From the NCBI RefSeq assembly GCF_006345805.1, contig NC_043013.1:20956001-21020000 (forward strand): a DNA stretch of 64,000 nucleotides, written 5' to 3'. The stretch is from Octopus sinensis (Eukaryota). The position numbers and the translations under genes were made by a program. The notes under the pieces are model-generated. The model made no database searches, was not told the origin of the DNA, and saw only the letters and a program-made list of their open reading frames with translations. Shown here one piece after another: positions 40,857-53,806 of the stretch (position 1 is the first letter of the stretch; each line of letters opens with the position of its first letter).

Positions 40857-41214
40857 AAGGGCAGTCAGAGGAGCGGCGGTTTGCCAGCGTACCTTCAAAC
40901 TTGCACGGAGTTGCTCCGATGCTGGAGTCGACTTTGCTCAAATCCTTGAATTACGGAGAAGCAGTTAATTCCGTTCCAATTTTTTATTCTTTATTTCTAT
41001 AGAGACTATTTGAAAGTGTCCACCAAATTTCTGTGAACAATTCTCTATTTCCTTCTACGTCAACACAACTGTGGTAATAACTCTTGCAGTCACATCTTAG
41101 ACCCGACTGAATTCTTAAGTAGTTAACTTTAGAGGTCCTTGTTTTTGAACCCTGCTCTCTCTCGCTTTCTCTCTCTTTCGCTCTCGCTCTCTCTTTCTCT
41201 TTCTCTCTCTTTCG

Positions 41215-41246
<32 letters not shown>

Positions 41247-44200
41247 TTTTGACTGTTAGACATAAAAAGTCATTCCATTTAACACTCCTAACTGGCTCTC
41301 CCGTTGGAATTATTTTCTTACTGTTAGACACCATTTACTTTCCCCTTTAACACTCCCAACCGGCTTTTGAGTATCTTTAACAGAGCTGGATACGTTTTCC
41401 GAATTATACACACTATAAGAAATCTCCGTATGTAGTTGAACCAGACATCAGTTTGTTTCAAGTTATGTATCGCGTATCATGATGTCGGTATGCCCACTGA
41501 TCTAATTTACGTCGCAATCGCAGAAAACTTTCAGTAACAAATCGTGTGATAAATGTCTATTATTGGTTCATAGTGAAAAAAGAACTGAATTGGTTAACAC
41601 ACCAACTTAACACTGATTAGATCATTCTAGTTATATAGCCAGGATTTGATTAACATGTTGTCATTTATGAGTGATATTATATTTCCAGGTGTATGTGTAT
41701 ATATACAATAGCATGATGGAATAAGGTTCTGTCAGGAAATGACAACATTTATTCGCTGTTGTCGGTTGACGTAAAGAATAAATAAAATAAGCGAGAATGT
41801 AGTTTTAAGTGATGTTCTCTATATTATTACATGACGAAGATAATAGAAACAGTTCATTCCTTAAGGCTGGAAGTAGAGATGATAATTGACGTCTATCAAG
41901 TTAACAGGACTTAAATTGCCAATACCTTTCACCATCTCTTACTATCATTATTATCAATTTATGACGCAATGTAGACTGTTAAGCATCAATATGAACTTAT
42001 AACTTTATTCCTTCTAGGTATGTGACATCATTAACATCTATCTCTTCATAGCTGCGTCTTTAGTGTTAATCTTTATAATCTAAAGGAAACTTAATTAAAT
42101 GTTTTGATCATATAATTAGACCAAGTATATTCCTGTAGACAAGCTACATGTAAATCTTTTAGGTATTCCGTCTAAGACTTAAGAGATGGTGTTCACTGAA
42201 CAGACTGTATGCTGTTACATTGTTTGTCGTAGGTCCAAGACCCTTCTCCGATCAAGAAGTAGCCTTATGATAGTATGTATGACCATCTCAGCTTTTCATA
42301 TATTTATTTCAGTAGCCCAAAATAATTGAGCGAACGTAATTTTACTTTAAGATGGCTGGTAGGATGTGATGTAGGGAAGTTATCTGGCTGCTATTCCTTG
42401 CATATTGAGTGATCACGCGAACGCCATTTATCGATATAGAGTTTGTTTCGAGCAAACTTTGCAATAATTATAGTTGTTTATCAGAAGAAAAAATATTAAT
42501 GAAAACAGAAAAGGTAAAAGAAAATTAAAATTAGAGTGAAGTTTCATTACCAATGATGTAGTCTGCAAAAGAACCTGAAACACGAGTAATTATTATTATG
42601 AGAAGAAGCCATAAGCTAAACTAAATATACGGATGATTACAATGAACCTGGTCTAGGCATTTTCTTTTCATCCACTGACCTAGTTTCCTATAAAACGTTG
42701 ACCTGTCTTCTAACCTCAATAAATTAAACCAGTTTCAATTTCTCTTCAATTTCTTTACATAAGACTTGCTTTCCTCGTTAAGTCTTCATTTCTTTTTCGT
42801 GCTCCACTTTCCTCGTTTCGCATTTCCAACAGCACTCAGAAGAATCGTTAGAACGCCGGACAAAATTACTTGGGCTATTTGTTCTACTGCTTATAGTTTG
42901 AGTTCGAATTCCACCGAGTTTCACTATTTGCCTGTCATCCGTTCTGAGTCGGTAAATACAAGCTAAGTCGATTTAATCGAACACTGCCATCTCGCTAAAA
43001 TATTTATAACAAATATTTTATAACAACCCCCACCTCAATTTCTGTTTTGTTGTTTCTTGTTTCTCTTCTTCATTCTCTTTAACTCGTGATAAATATATTT
43101 ATTCATTTGTCGCTCACATCAAACGCATTCCGTTTTAACGTGCCTCAAATTTAGGGGAGTAGTTAGTAGAATTGACAGAACGAAGGACAAAATATATTTA
43201 CTATCATACTTTAGCTTTTTTATCTTTTCCTTACTCTTGACTCAAGTGACCATATCGCGTAGATTGCAATACATAGTTCCTTCTTATCAACCACTACAAT
43301 GTCCGTTCTGTTGTATTCTTTCCTTCATATATGGAAACCCCGTAACAACCTCAAGTCATCATTTTTTCGAAGTTTCCCCTTTCTGTTCTCTCAGAATACT
43401 CTTTTCTGTTCATCAAACACCGAATTTACAGAACGAGAGAAAAGTCTAGGTCGATATCTAGAAGAAAAAGAGAGGTAACATTCCTTCTGAACTATTTAAG
43501 GTAATATGCGAAGGAGTATTTACAGAATATACAAAGCGGAAACGGAGTATTGGAACAGAATAGAAGACAAACTTAGAAGGAAAGGAGCTTCATACAGTGT
43601 TTTCTCAAAAGTGAAAAACGATAGGATATATTTACACTTAAGTGAGAATGAATACAAAAGGGCAGATACAAAATTGCTGCAATAATTCACTGAATATTTT
43701 GATAGAAATTATTATTATAAATATTATTGTTCTTGTTTAACACAAGATCAATAAGTAATTTTCGTCAGCTGCAGTTATATATTTCTGTGATTTTTAACCC
43801 TAGACGTGCATAAGATATCAACGGATGTTCCAGGTTTTAACGGTATATTTGCGTTACGTATGATATACAGAATGCTATTTTGAACTGATACTGCTTCATA
43901 CACACACACATAAATCCTATTTGTTTTGTAAGAATCATGATTGGAAATCAGATGCTGTTATGCTTTGAAAGAGTTGCATTGCTAATCAATCAGAACTACT
44001 TCACTTTTGTTACGAATTAATTACATACGATAATTAAATATTTTATTGAGTGTCAAAGATCTGTCTTCTCTGTCGCCCTGTCGGCGATAACGTGCGTCTT
44101 TGTCTCCGGCGTACGTCCTCCTCTTTGCTTTACCTAAGTCTAAGTTTCAAATTAGTCACGGATTACATTATTTGAGCTAAAGTTATATTCTGCAAATAAC

Positions 44201-44415
44201 GTATACAAGGGACGTTATATAGATTACTATGGAGTGGGTGACAAGGGAAAGGTCATTATTGGTCGGTGAGGTCAATGATTGTAAAGAAATGCCTTTCGCA
44301 TCAATTATTCAGTTAATTAATTAATTATCTAATTAATTTAATTGATTATAATATTGAAGTGAACTACGACCAGTGCCTATTGTTGAATTGGTATTATAAC
44401 CCACCTAAGTACTAT

Positions 44416-44486
<71 letters not shown>

Positions 44487-44689
44487 ATTTAAAATGAGGG
44501 TGAGAAATTAGATATTAATTTAATTAACATCGATTTCACACCAGTGGTCTAGCATAAAAAACTGAAGGTTCAGTAAAATTGTATTATATATATATATATA
44601 AGAAGGAAACCACTATGTAGACACCCTTATGCTAGAAATAGATCCGCTACGGTCTCACCACCAAGAAATGTTCTCAAGAAAAATTTTAA

Positions 44690-45435
44690 ATGGACAAAAC
44701 TTGACATTGTTGTTTTATAAATACCTACAGATAAAGGTTTTATCCTCCAAAGACATTCATACTTACATGATAATTATTACACTATGGTGTGACGTCCCAA
44801 CTTTATCAACTGTGCAAAAGTGCGCAGCTGAAATTAGAACTGCCACCACCGAAAAAAAAAAACATTCATCGTGTTTACAAGATGGCGATGGATGAAAGGT
44901 GATTGAGTATAGATCAAATAGCCAATGCTATTCTTTCCTACTCTAGGGACAAGGCACGAAATTTTGGGGGAGGGGGTCGGTCGATTAGATCACAACTGGT
45001 ACTTGATTTATCGACCCCCGAAGTAATGAATGGCAAGGTCGGCCTCGGCGGAATTTGAACTCAGAATGTAAAGACAGACGAAATACCTATGTCTTTACTA
45101 CCCAAAAGGGGCTAAACGCAGAGAGGACAAACAAGGACAGACAAACGGATTAAGTCGATTATATCGACCCCAGTGCGTAACTGGTACTTATTTAATCGAC
45201 CCCGAAAGGATTAAAGGCAAAGTCGACCTTGGCGGAATGTGAACTCAGAACGTAACGGCAGACGAAATACCGCTAAGAATTTCGCCCGGCGTGCTAACGT
45301 TTCTGCCAGCTCACCACCTTTAAAATAGTCGTTTAAATGTCCATATTAGTATATTACCTGAGACAACTGAGAATATTGTGCACGATAAACTTCGCATGGC
45401 GAAGGTTTCTGCTCCGTGGGTGTCACGTATCTTGG
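44690..45435 (+). mobile_element. Mariner N-terminal relic interrupted by a SINE dimer
   Basis: MDKT..KYLQIK.LSSKDIH..TLSTVQK.AAE..TATTE..QIANAI; after the SINE, ENIVHDKLRMAKVSAPWVSRIL (WVPxxL motif). Confidence 0.8.
44930..45320 (-). mobile_element. SINE family C dimer (full unit plus a 5'-truncated unit with a different 3' end)
   Basis: Junction at ~45087; left unit ends rc CCCCCTCCCCCAAAATTTCGTGCCTTGTCCCTAGAGTAG. Confidence 0.85.
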
Positions 45436-45496
45436 TCAGCCAATAAACATTTTAACGCTCCGCCAAAGTTTTTTAAATTCCATTTTTCCTTCTAAC

Positions 45497-45547
<51 letters not shown>

Positions 45548-45895
45548 GCCCATATGTATGTATGTTATACATATACTTGTCATATGATGGGGAGCTTTGT
45601 AAGTATACTTTGGCATCGTATGTAATATGAAGAAATATGATACATACACAATAAATAAAATTTAAGCTGTTAGCAAATTTCTTCGAGGTCACGCAAAATA
45701 ATGAAACGAATAATTTTAAAAACAAAAAGATATTTATTACATTAAGATAAAAGAAAATAAAGCAAAAATTTACCTTCCGTAACTACTCAATCATTTACGC
45801 CGACTCTCTTTTTTTCATTCACTATGTATAGTGTTCCTTTATTCATTATTTACCACTAAACCTAGTATGAGCACTCCTCCTACAGCGCTTATGTC

Positions 45896-45983
<88 letters not shown>

Positions 45984-46552
45984 TCTCCTCACTTTATACA
46001 ATATAAAGCGTGGGTGAAGATATCAACCAACCAACTAAACAATATTTATATTATATCAGCTATTCCATATAAATATAAAGAAATACACTTAAGGTGTTCT
46101 CAGAATATGTAAGTACATATTGAATGATTATAAAGTCAGCATCAATAATGAAAGTACATCTCACGTTCATAATTTAACAGAATCTAGATAGAATTTCTTT
46201 TCTCACAAACACCTGTTTTCAAACTCATTACCGTTCTGGTCCAGGCACTGTTGCTAACATGAAGCATATCAATTGCAAACATCGTATTCGGTATTTGTGC
46301 GCATTCTCCTTCATGGGCCTCTCTCAGTTCGGTGACCTCTCTCAAGGCCCTCACTTAAGGCCCTCTCTCAGTTCGGTGACCGTCGCTGATTAGGTTTCCG
46401 CAAACATTTTCTTTTGAGCATCCACACACAAATCCTTTAGCAGTGGTTATTCTACTGTACCTCTTCGTTCAAACCACATCTTTGGCAAGATTTCGTTATG
46501 GAAGACACTTAAATCGTTATAGTAATGCGGGGAAATAAAACTCAACAACTAT

Positions 46553-46980
46553 TGGTGCAAGTGTGGTGTGGTAAGAAGTGTGCTTCCCACCACATGTTTC
46601 CGAGTTCAATCCTACTGCGTGGCACTTAGGCAACTATCGCCTTGGGCCGACCAAAGCCTTGATAGTGGATTAGGTAGACGAAATTGAAAGAAGTCCGTCG
46701 TATATGTGTATATATATACATATACAGAGAGAGAGAGAGAAAGAAACAAAGAGAGAGAGAGAGATGTGTTTGTCTGTGTTTGTACCCCATTACCGCTTGA
46801 CAACCGGTGTTGGTGTGCTTACGTCCCTGAAAACTTGTGGTTCGGCAAAGTGAGACTGATAAAGTAAGTACCTGGCTTTAAAATACGTGCTGGAGTCGAT
46901 TCATTCGCCTAACAAAAAATTTTCAAAACGGTGCCCCAGCATGGCTGCAGTCTAATGAGTGAAACGTATAACAAAATAAA
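46553..46980 (+). mobile_element. SINE family A (duplicated at ~48293-48730)
   Basis: Colinear similarity to family A. Confidence 0.85.
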
Positions 46981-46984
46981 AACA

Positions 46985-47585
46985 AAATTAGTCTTCAAAT
47001 TTCTCTTCAATGGTTTATATGACAGACTGTTGGAGCAAGTCCAAGGAAATGGGACCCGTCACAAGGATCCAACTAATTCTTTTGATGATGAACCGCACCA
47101 TGCTCTAACTCCAGTTAAATTAAAATGACGCAGATTCTCTCCAAAATGTACAATTTTGACAGTTAACGAAGCCATTTAGTTCAAATGTAGCCTCGCCATT
47201 CGAAATGCGATGAACGCTTGATTTTAAAATTCCAACCTCATGACTCACCTTGCCGCTCAGATTTTCTTGAAATTTGTCTAAATGTTTCTAGTAGCCTTTC
47301 TTGCTTTGTAGCCTCGTTGATATCCGCGATTTCTGGAATGGTTCTCAAATACATTCTGACCACTTCCATCTCCTTCAAAATTATTTACAATTCATGTGAT
47401 AATAAGTCGCATAAGTCGATCTGTTTGAAGCTCTTTCCTAAACACTTTGCAACTGAAGCTAAATTTCTTCAGTTCAATGCTTAGTCTGTTCCCTTCGTTA
47501 TTTCTAATGAGTGAATTCCAAGAGGAAATGGATATTGAGTTCTTATCTATTAAACTGTATCTATATTTTGGGGACACACAGCATA
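46985..47585 (-). mobile_element. Tc1/mariner-superfamily transposase relic (duplicated at ~48730-49335)
   Basis: RLSIELKKF..FRKE..IVNNFEGDGS; EVGILKSSVHRI (HTH); EATFELNGFVNCQNC.FW; LTGVRAWCGSSSK.LVG; VTG..LDLL. Confidence 0.8.
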
Positions 47586-47677
47586 TATATAACAAGTCTG
47601 GAGAACGGAGATTTTCCAAATCGGTAATTTTATTGAACACTTTACAGTTATTTACAGCATTCTCTCGTGGACCTAAT

Positions 47678-47713
<36 letters not shown>

Positions 47714-49421
47714 ATATATTATATATACTCTCCTCACTTTATACAATATAAAGCGTGGGTGAAGATATCAACCAACCAACTAAACAATATTTATATTATA
47801 TCAGCTATTCCATATAAATATAAAGAAATACACTTAAGGTGTTCTCAGAATATGTAAGTACATATTGAATGATTATAAAGTCAGCATCAATAATGAAAGT
47901 ACATCTCACGTTCATAATTTAACAGAATCTAGATAGAATTTCTTTTCTCACAAACACCTGTTTTCAAACTCATTACCGTTCTGGTCCAGGCACTGTTGCT
48001 AACATGAAGCATATCAATTGCAAACATCGTATTCGGTATTTGTGCGCATTCTCTTCATGGGCCTCTCTCAGTTCGGTGACCTCTCTCAAGGCCCTCACTT
48101 AAGCCCTCTCTCAGTTCGGTGACCGTCGCTGATTAGGTTTCCGCAAACATTTTCTTTTGAGCATCCACACACAAATCCTTTAGCAGTGGTTATTCTACTG
48201 TACCTCTTCGTTCAAACCACATCTTTGGCAAGATTTCGTTATGGAAGACACTTAAATCGTTATAGTAATGCGGGGAAATAAAACTCAACAACTATTGGTG
48301 CAAGTGTGGTTGTGGTAAGAAGTGTGCTTCCCAACCACATGTTTCCGAGTTCAATCCTACTGCGTGGCACTTAGGGCAACTATCGCCTTGGGCCGACCAA
48401 AGCCTTGATAGTGGATTAGGTAGACGAAATTGAAAGAAGTCCGTCGTATATGTGTATATATATACATATACAGAGAGAGAGAGAGAGAGAGAAAGAAACA
48501 AAGAGAGAGAGAGATGTGTTTGTCTGTGTTTGTACCCCATTACCGCTTGACAACCGGTGTTGGTGTGCTTACGTCCCTGAAAACTTGTGGTTCGGCAAAG
48601 TGAGACTGATAAAGTAAGTACCTGGCTTTAAAATACGTGCTGGAGTCGATTCATTCGCCTAACAAAAAATTTTCAAAACGGTGCCCCAGCATGGCTGCAG
48701 TCTAATGAGTGAAACGTATAACAAAATAAAACAAAATTAGTCTTCAAATTTCTCTTCAATGGTTTATATGACAGACTGTTGGAGCAAGTCCAAGAAATGG
48801 GACCCGTCACAAGGATCCAACTAATTCTTTTGATGATGAACCGCACCATGCTCTAACTCCAGTTAAATTAAAATGACGCAGATTCTCTCCAAAATGTACA
48901 ATTTTGACAGTTAACGAAGCCATTTAGTTCAAATGTAGCCTCGCCATTCGAAATGCGATGAACGCTTGATTTTAAAATTCCAACCTCATGACTCACCTTG
49001 CCGCTCAGATTTTCTTGAAATTTGTCTAAATGTTTCTAGTAGCCTTTCTTGCTTTGTAGCCTCGTTGATATCCGCGATTTCTGGAATGGTTCTCAAATAC
49101 ATTCTGACCACTTCCATCTCCTTCAAAATTATTTACAATTCATGTGATAATAAGTCGCATAAGTCGATCTGTTTGAAGCTCTTTCCTAAACACTTTGCAA
49201 CTGAAGCTAAATTTCTTCAGTTCAATGCTTAGTCTGGTTCCCTTCGTTATTTCTAATGAGTGAATTCCAAGAGGAAATGGATATTGAGTTCTTATCTATT
49301 AAACTGTATCTATATTTTGGGGACACACAGCATATATATAACAAGTCTGGAGAACGGAGATTTTCCAAATCGGTAATTTTATTGAACACTTTACAGTTAT
49401 TTACAGCATTCTCTCGTGGAC

Positions 49422-49464
<43 letters not shown>

Positions 49465-50773
49465 CAACGAAACGAGAACAATTTGTTCGCTTGCATCTTC
49501 ATAAATCTCCTGTGACACTCAAATTTAAAAACTTTGAAATAAAAAGTTTTCTACTTTCTGGTTCTTCCAATTATATTTACTTCAGCGTTACTTCAGAAGC
49601 CATATCGTTATTGGTTGAGAAGATATTCCAAGAATGTTATTCCGAAGCGGTTTTCCACAGAATCTTGAAGTCTCTTTCATTCAGTTTACTAGTAATTAAC
49701 ATTCCCTGGAACCAAAGAAATAGCTATTATTATGGATATATAACATTGTTCAACTAACATGATAGAAAAATCCTCAGGTTCCTTCGCTGTCTCAATGACA
49801 TCATTAAATGTATGAATGAACTTTATTTATCTTTGTATCACTAAGAATGCGTTCGTATATCTTTACGACATTAAATAGCAATAGACGAGGTTCGTAAAAT
49901 TGTGTATATTTGTAGATATCACTTTGTACAGTCAAATATTTTATAGATATTCCTCCAGATATTTCCTTACACACATATTCTCATATCTACCATATAAGAA
50001 AAAAAACAGACATATTGAAACGATATATGTGTGCATACATGTTTGTACGTATGTATCTATATGAAACCTGCACGAGTGTTTGTCGATAGATAATGCACAT
50101 GTAGTTATTTCTTGTCACGGCATACAGAGGTGAAATCCCTTGGTCATATTCAAAGTGATGTTTTGCACCAAGTTATGTTAACGCTGAAAAATTCCAAGTT
50201 CAATGCAATAAAATGACGTGTGAGAAAGAATTCATGTTTATTTTTTTGTTCTCACTATAATTCGTACCATTTTTAGCTTGAGTGAAGTAATGCTGTGAAA
50301 TGCGTGTAATCAGCTACAAATTGAGAGGAAATCGATATTTTGTTATCGAAGATCTACCGATTCTATTGAGGAAAAAGTGTTTATAGAATTATTTCAGCTC
50401 GCAGAAGTAAAATGTATGCATATTTGTATGTACGTATGAGCGAGTGTGTATAGGTGAATAAGTGTGAGGATATATAATTATATGTGTGTACATATATACG
50501 TATGCATGCCTTTATACGTACATACACACATATATAAATGATTGCGTGGTATATATATATAGGTATATATATGTATATATATATATATATATGCATATAT
50601 ATATATATATATATATAATTCTTACGTAAATGAATATATGACGTTTGGGCAAAATTTCTCATGTAGAATAGTCATTCATTCTTGGGCGTTAAAATGAACC
50701 ATTTGCATACACAATGTACAAAACATACACACACAGGCGTACGTACATCGCGTACGCATGTGTATAGATATGT

Positions 50774-51159
50774 GTGGAGGCGCAATGGCCCAGTGATTAG
50801 GGCAGCGGACTCGCGGTCATAGGATCGCGGTTTCGATTCCCAGACCGGGCGTTGTGAGTGTTTATTGAGCGAAAACACCTAAAAGCTCCACGAGGCTCCG
50901 GCAGGGGATGGTGGTGATCCCTGCTGTACTCTTTCACCACAACTTTCTCTCACTCTTACTTCCTGTTTCTGTTGCACCTGTATTTCAAGGGGCCGGCCTT
51001 GTCACTCTCTGTGTCACGCTGAATATCCCCCAGAACTACGTTAAGGGTGCACGTGTCTGTGGAGTGCTCAGCCACTTACACGTTAATTTCACGAGCAGGC
51101 TGTTCCGTTGATTCGGATCAACCGGAACCCTCATCGTCGTAACCGACGGAGTGCTTCCA
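50774..51159 (+). mobile_element. SINE family B, full length
   Basis: Near-identical to the 7560 and 55613 copies; A and B boxes present. Confidence 0.93.
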
Positions 51160-51527
51160 CATTTGCTTCTACATACAAACATCTCTGATCCACATTTTAA
51201 GACTGCGAGATTACCAAATATGTATTTGCCACCATACTAGATCCATTCGATCATTGTTTTTTCGTTCTATTTTTTTTCTATTACTTTTATTACTCTCGAA
51301 AAAGTTGCTAAGTTAACAGCTACTCATCCATTGGCTACTCCTCCATTTGCTTCATATATTTGTATACCCTTGTCAATTTAATAGAACGTATTGTTCTCTC
51401 ACTCAGTAATATATACATTGAAAATTTAGTAACAAAAGACGCAGTATTAGTACGAAAAGGCAATCTTTGTATTCAAATTAACGTGTATGTCTTACTAGAA
51501 TACTGAAAACTACCGTGTTAGCTTTAA

Positions 51528-51784
51528 GAGGTCCTCTCATATGGATTCATGATATATAAAAGGTCAGACATATATCCTAGGAGGCGTGAGCCCTTATGAA
51601 ATTCGATATATCGTGGCAGCGATATTTAGCTGGTATGCGGTCACCGGACGCCCCCCATTAAAGAAGCCCAGCTGACTGAAACCACGTGATCTGCCCGTTC
51701 TAGTGCCAATAAGAGACGATTCTTGTCTGCTACGATATCGGTTTGTACTTTTATGCGACATGCATCTGCATGAGAGGACATCTC
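51528..51784. mobile_element. Possible MITE with imperfect 24-bp TIRs
   Basis: GAGGTCCTCTCATATGGATTCATG vs CATGCATCTGCATGAGAGGACATC. Confidence 0.35.
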
Positions 51785-52013
51785 AAGTTTGATGCCTCAT
51801 TTTCAGCGTCTTGAGAAGGCCCCACACCCCCGTTAAGCTATATATAAAGATGGCCTTTTAAAACTTTGAATATGTTTTAGTGTATCACCACTCGATGAAA
51901 TTAAATACTCCCCATTTCTCTCCCCTCTCTCTTTCTCTCTCTCTCACTCACTCTATGTATGTGTGTGTGTAAAAATATATACATACATATGTATGTATGT
52001 ATATACAACCAGA

Positions 52014-52063
<50 letters not shown>

Positions 52064-52069
52064 ATATAT

Positions 52070-52255
52070 ATACTTTATTTAGAAGCAGCATAAAAACTGT
52101 TAACAAAGCTGTCCGACGAACGGGAACGCGAAACCCCGAGTAACAGCTTTTGTTATATTTCTGCTGCTTTTAAATAAAGCATATTACTCTACCTCTGGTA
52201 TTTGAGTACTCTTTTTTCCACCTTCTTTCACATTTATGTGCTTACTCCGGTACAT
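52070..52255 (+). mobile_element. Foldback element with a variant hammerhead in the loop
   Basis: Arms ~52070-52112 and 52143-52182; core CCGACGA-ACG(GGAA)CGC-GAAA-CCCCGAG-TA; tail GCATATTACTCTACCTCTGGTATTTGAGT. Confidence 0.75.
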
Positions 52256-52345
52256 ATATATATATATATATATATATACAGTTGCATAAGAGGTACAATT
52301 AATTTATTGTCGTTATAATGGTTTTGTCTTTTACTACTGATTTAC

Positions 52346-52392
<47 letters not shown>

Positions 52393-52854
52393 TGTGTCTG
52401 TGTGTGCGTATGTATGTGTGTGTATGTATGTATGTATGTATGTATGTATGTATGTATGTATGTATGTATGTGTATATAATATCGTGTACGTCATTAAAGT
52501 TCTACAGTAACACGAACGTTGCCAAAATCCTCTTGTTTGGCATGAAGCTAGCTTTAATAATTGTTTCCTATTTTAATCAGATTTATTTCAGATAAACCCC
52601 CAACGTTTTTATGATTATATGGTCCAAAGAATTGATAGAGAGATAGACAAATTCCTCGTGATATTTATATATTTATAACCATTTAATCTTCTCGAGATCC
52701 ATTTTACTTTAAATTCTTGTAAGGTTCGATAAACAGGTAGCATCTCTGAAATCCTCGTACCACTATTGTCAAATGAAGCACTTCTATATCTGAAATCTAG
52801 CGCTTATCTTAAAATTAATTTTCATAGAATTTTTCAAATATATGTATATAGAAA

Positions 52855-52886
<32 letters not shown>

Positions 52887-53029
52887 AAGCGAGAGAGACT
52901 TGGACTAATATTTATGACTTTGACTTGTAAAACCACCTATTTCTGTTGAAGGTAACTTGAAATGCATCTGAAGAGCATCTATTGCTTCAATTTTATGTCT
53001 AAACTACATTGGGAAGCTTTGAATTATTT

Positions 53030-53420
<391 letters not shown>

Positions 53421-53792
53421 TATATTGACTTGAATCTCTTAACGAAACTCCGGCAGAATGTCTGTATCGATTGAAAATAGCTATTTTGACGAAAAGCTCG
53501 AGAAATTACCAAAAACAAAAAAAAAAACGTAACGAGGACGTAAGAGTGAAGGGGAATCATAATAAGGTAAAATCGAGCGAATTGAACACCAGGCGAAATT
53601 ACAGTGATGAAGTAAAAAAAGTATTTTTCTTTCAAAAAATGCTAATTGATTATCCTTGCGGTTTTACTGGCAACAGAGGGAAGCCATGCGTTGATTTGAA
53701 TAATGTGTGTTGCATCCAAGAAATGAAATCCGCTTCTGAAATATTCAATTTCAGCAGCACATTGCTATTTAAATTAACTAGATCATTGAATA

Positions 53793-53806
53793 CCTCTAGG
53801 TGGCGC
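53793..53806 (+). promoter_or_regulatory. CTCF-like motif candidate
   Basis: CCTCTAGGTGGCGC resembles the bilaterian CTCF core CCxCxAGxxGGCGC; motif match only. Confidence 0.3.

Larger units (their letters stand above)
45983..49426. repeat. Tandem duplication of ~1.7 kb (45983-47677 and 47728-49426), bounded by (AT)n
   Basis: By eye the copies differ only by ~7 single-base indels and microsatellite length; no substitutions seen. Confidence 0.95.

Noticed and set aside
46318-46381. 20-bp direct repeats (CCTCTCTCAGTTCGGTGACC) as a CRISPR-like array
   Set aside because: Only two units per locus, eukaryotic context, no cas genes; the second locus is part of the duplication.
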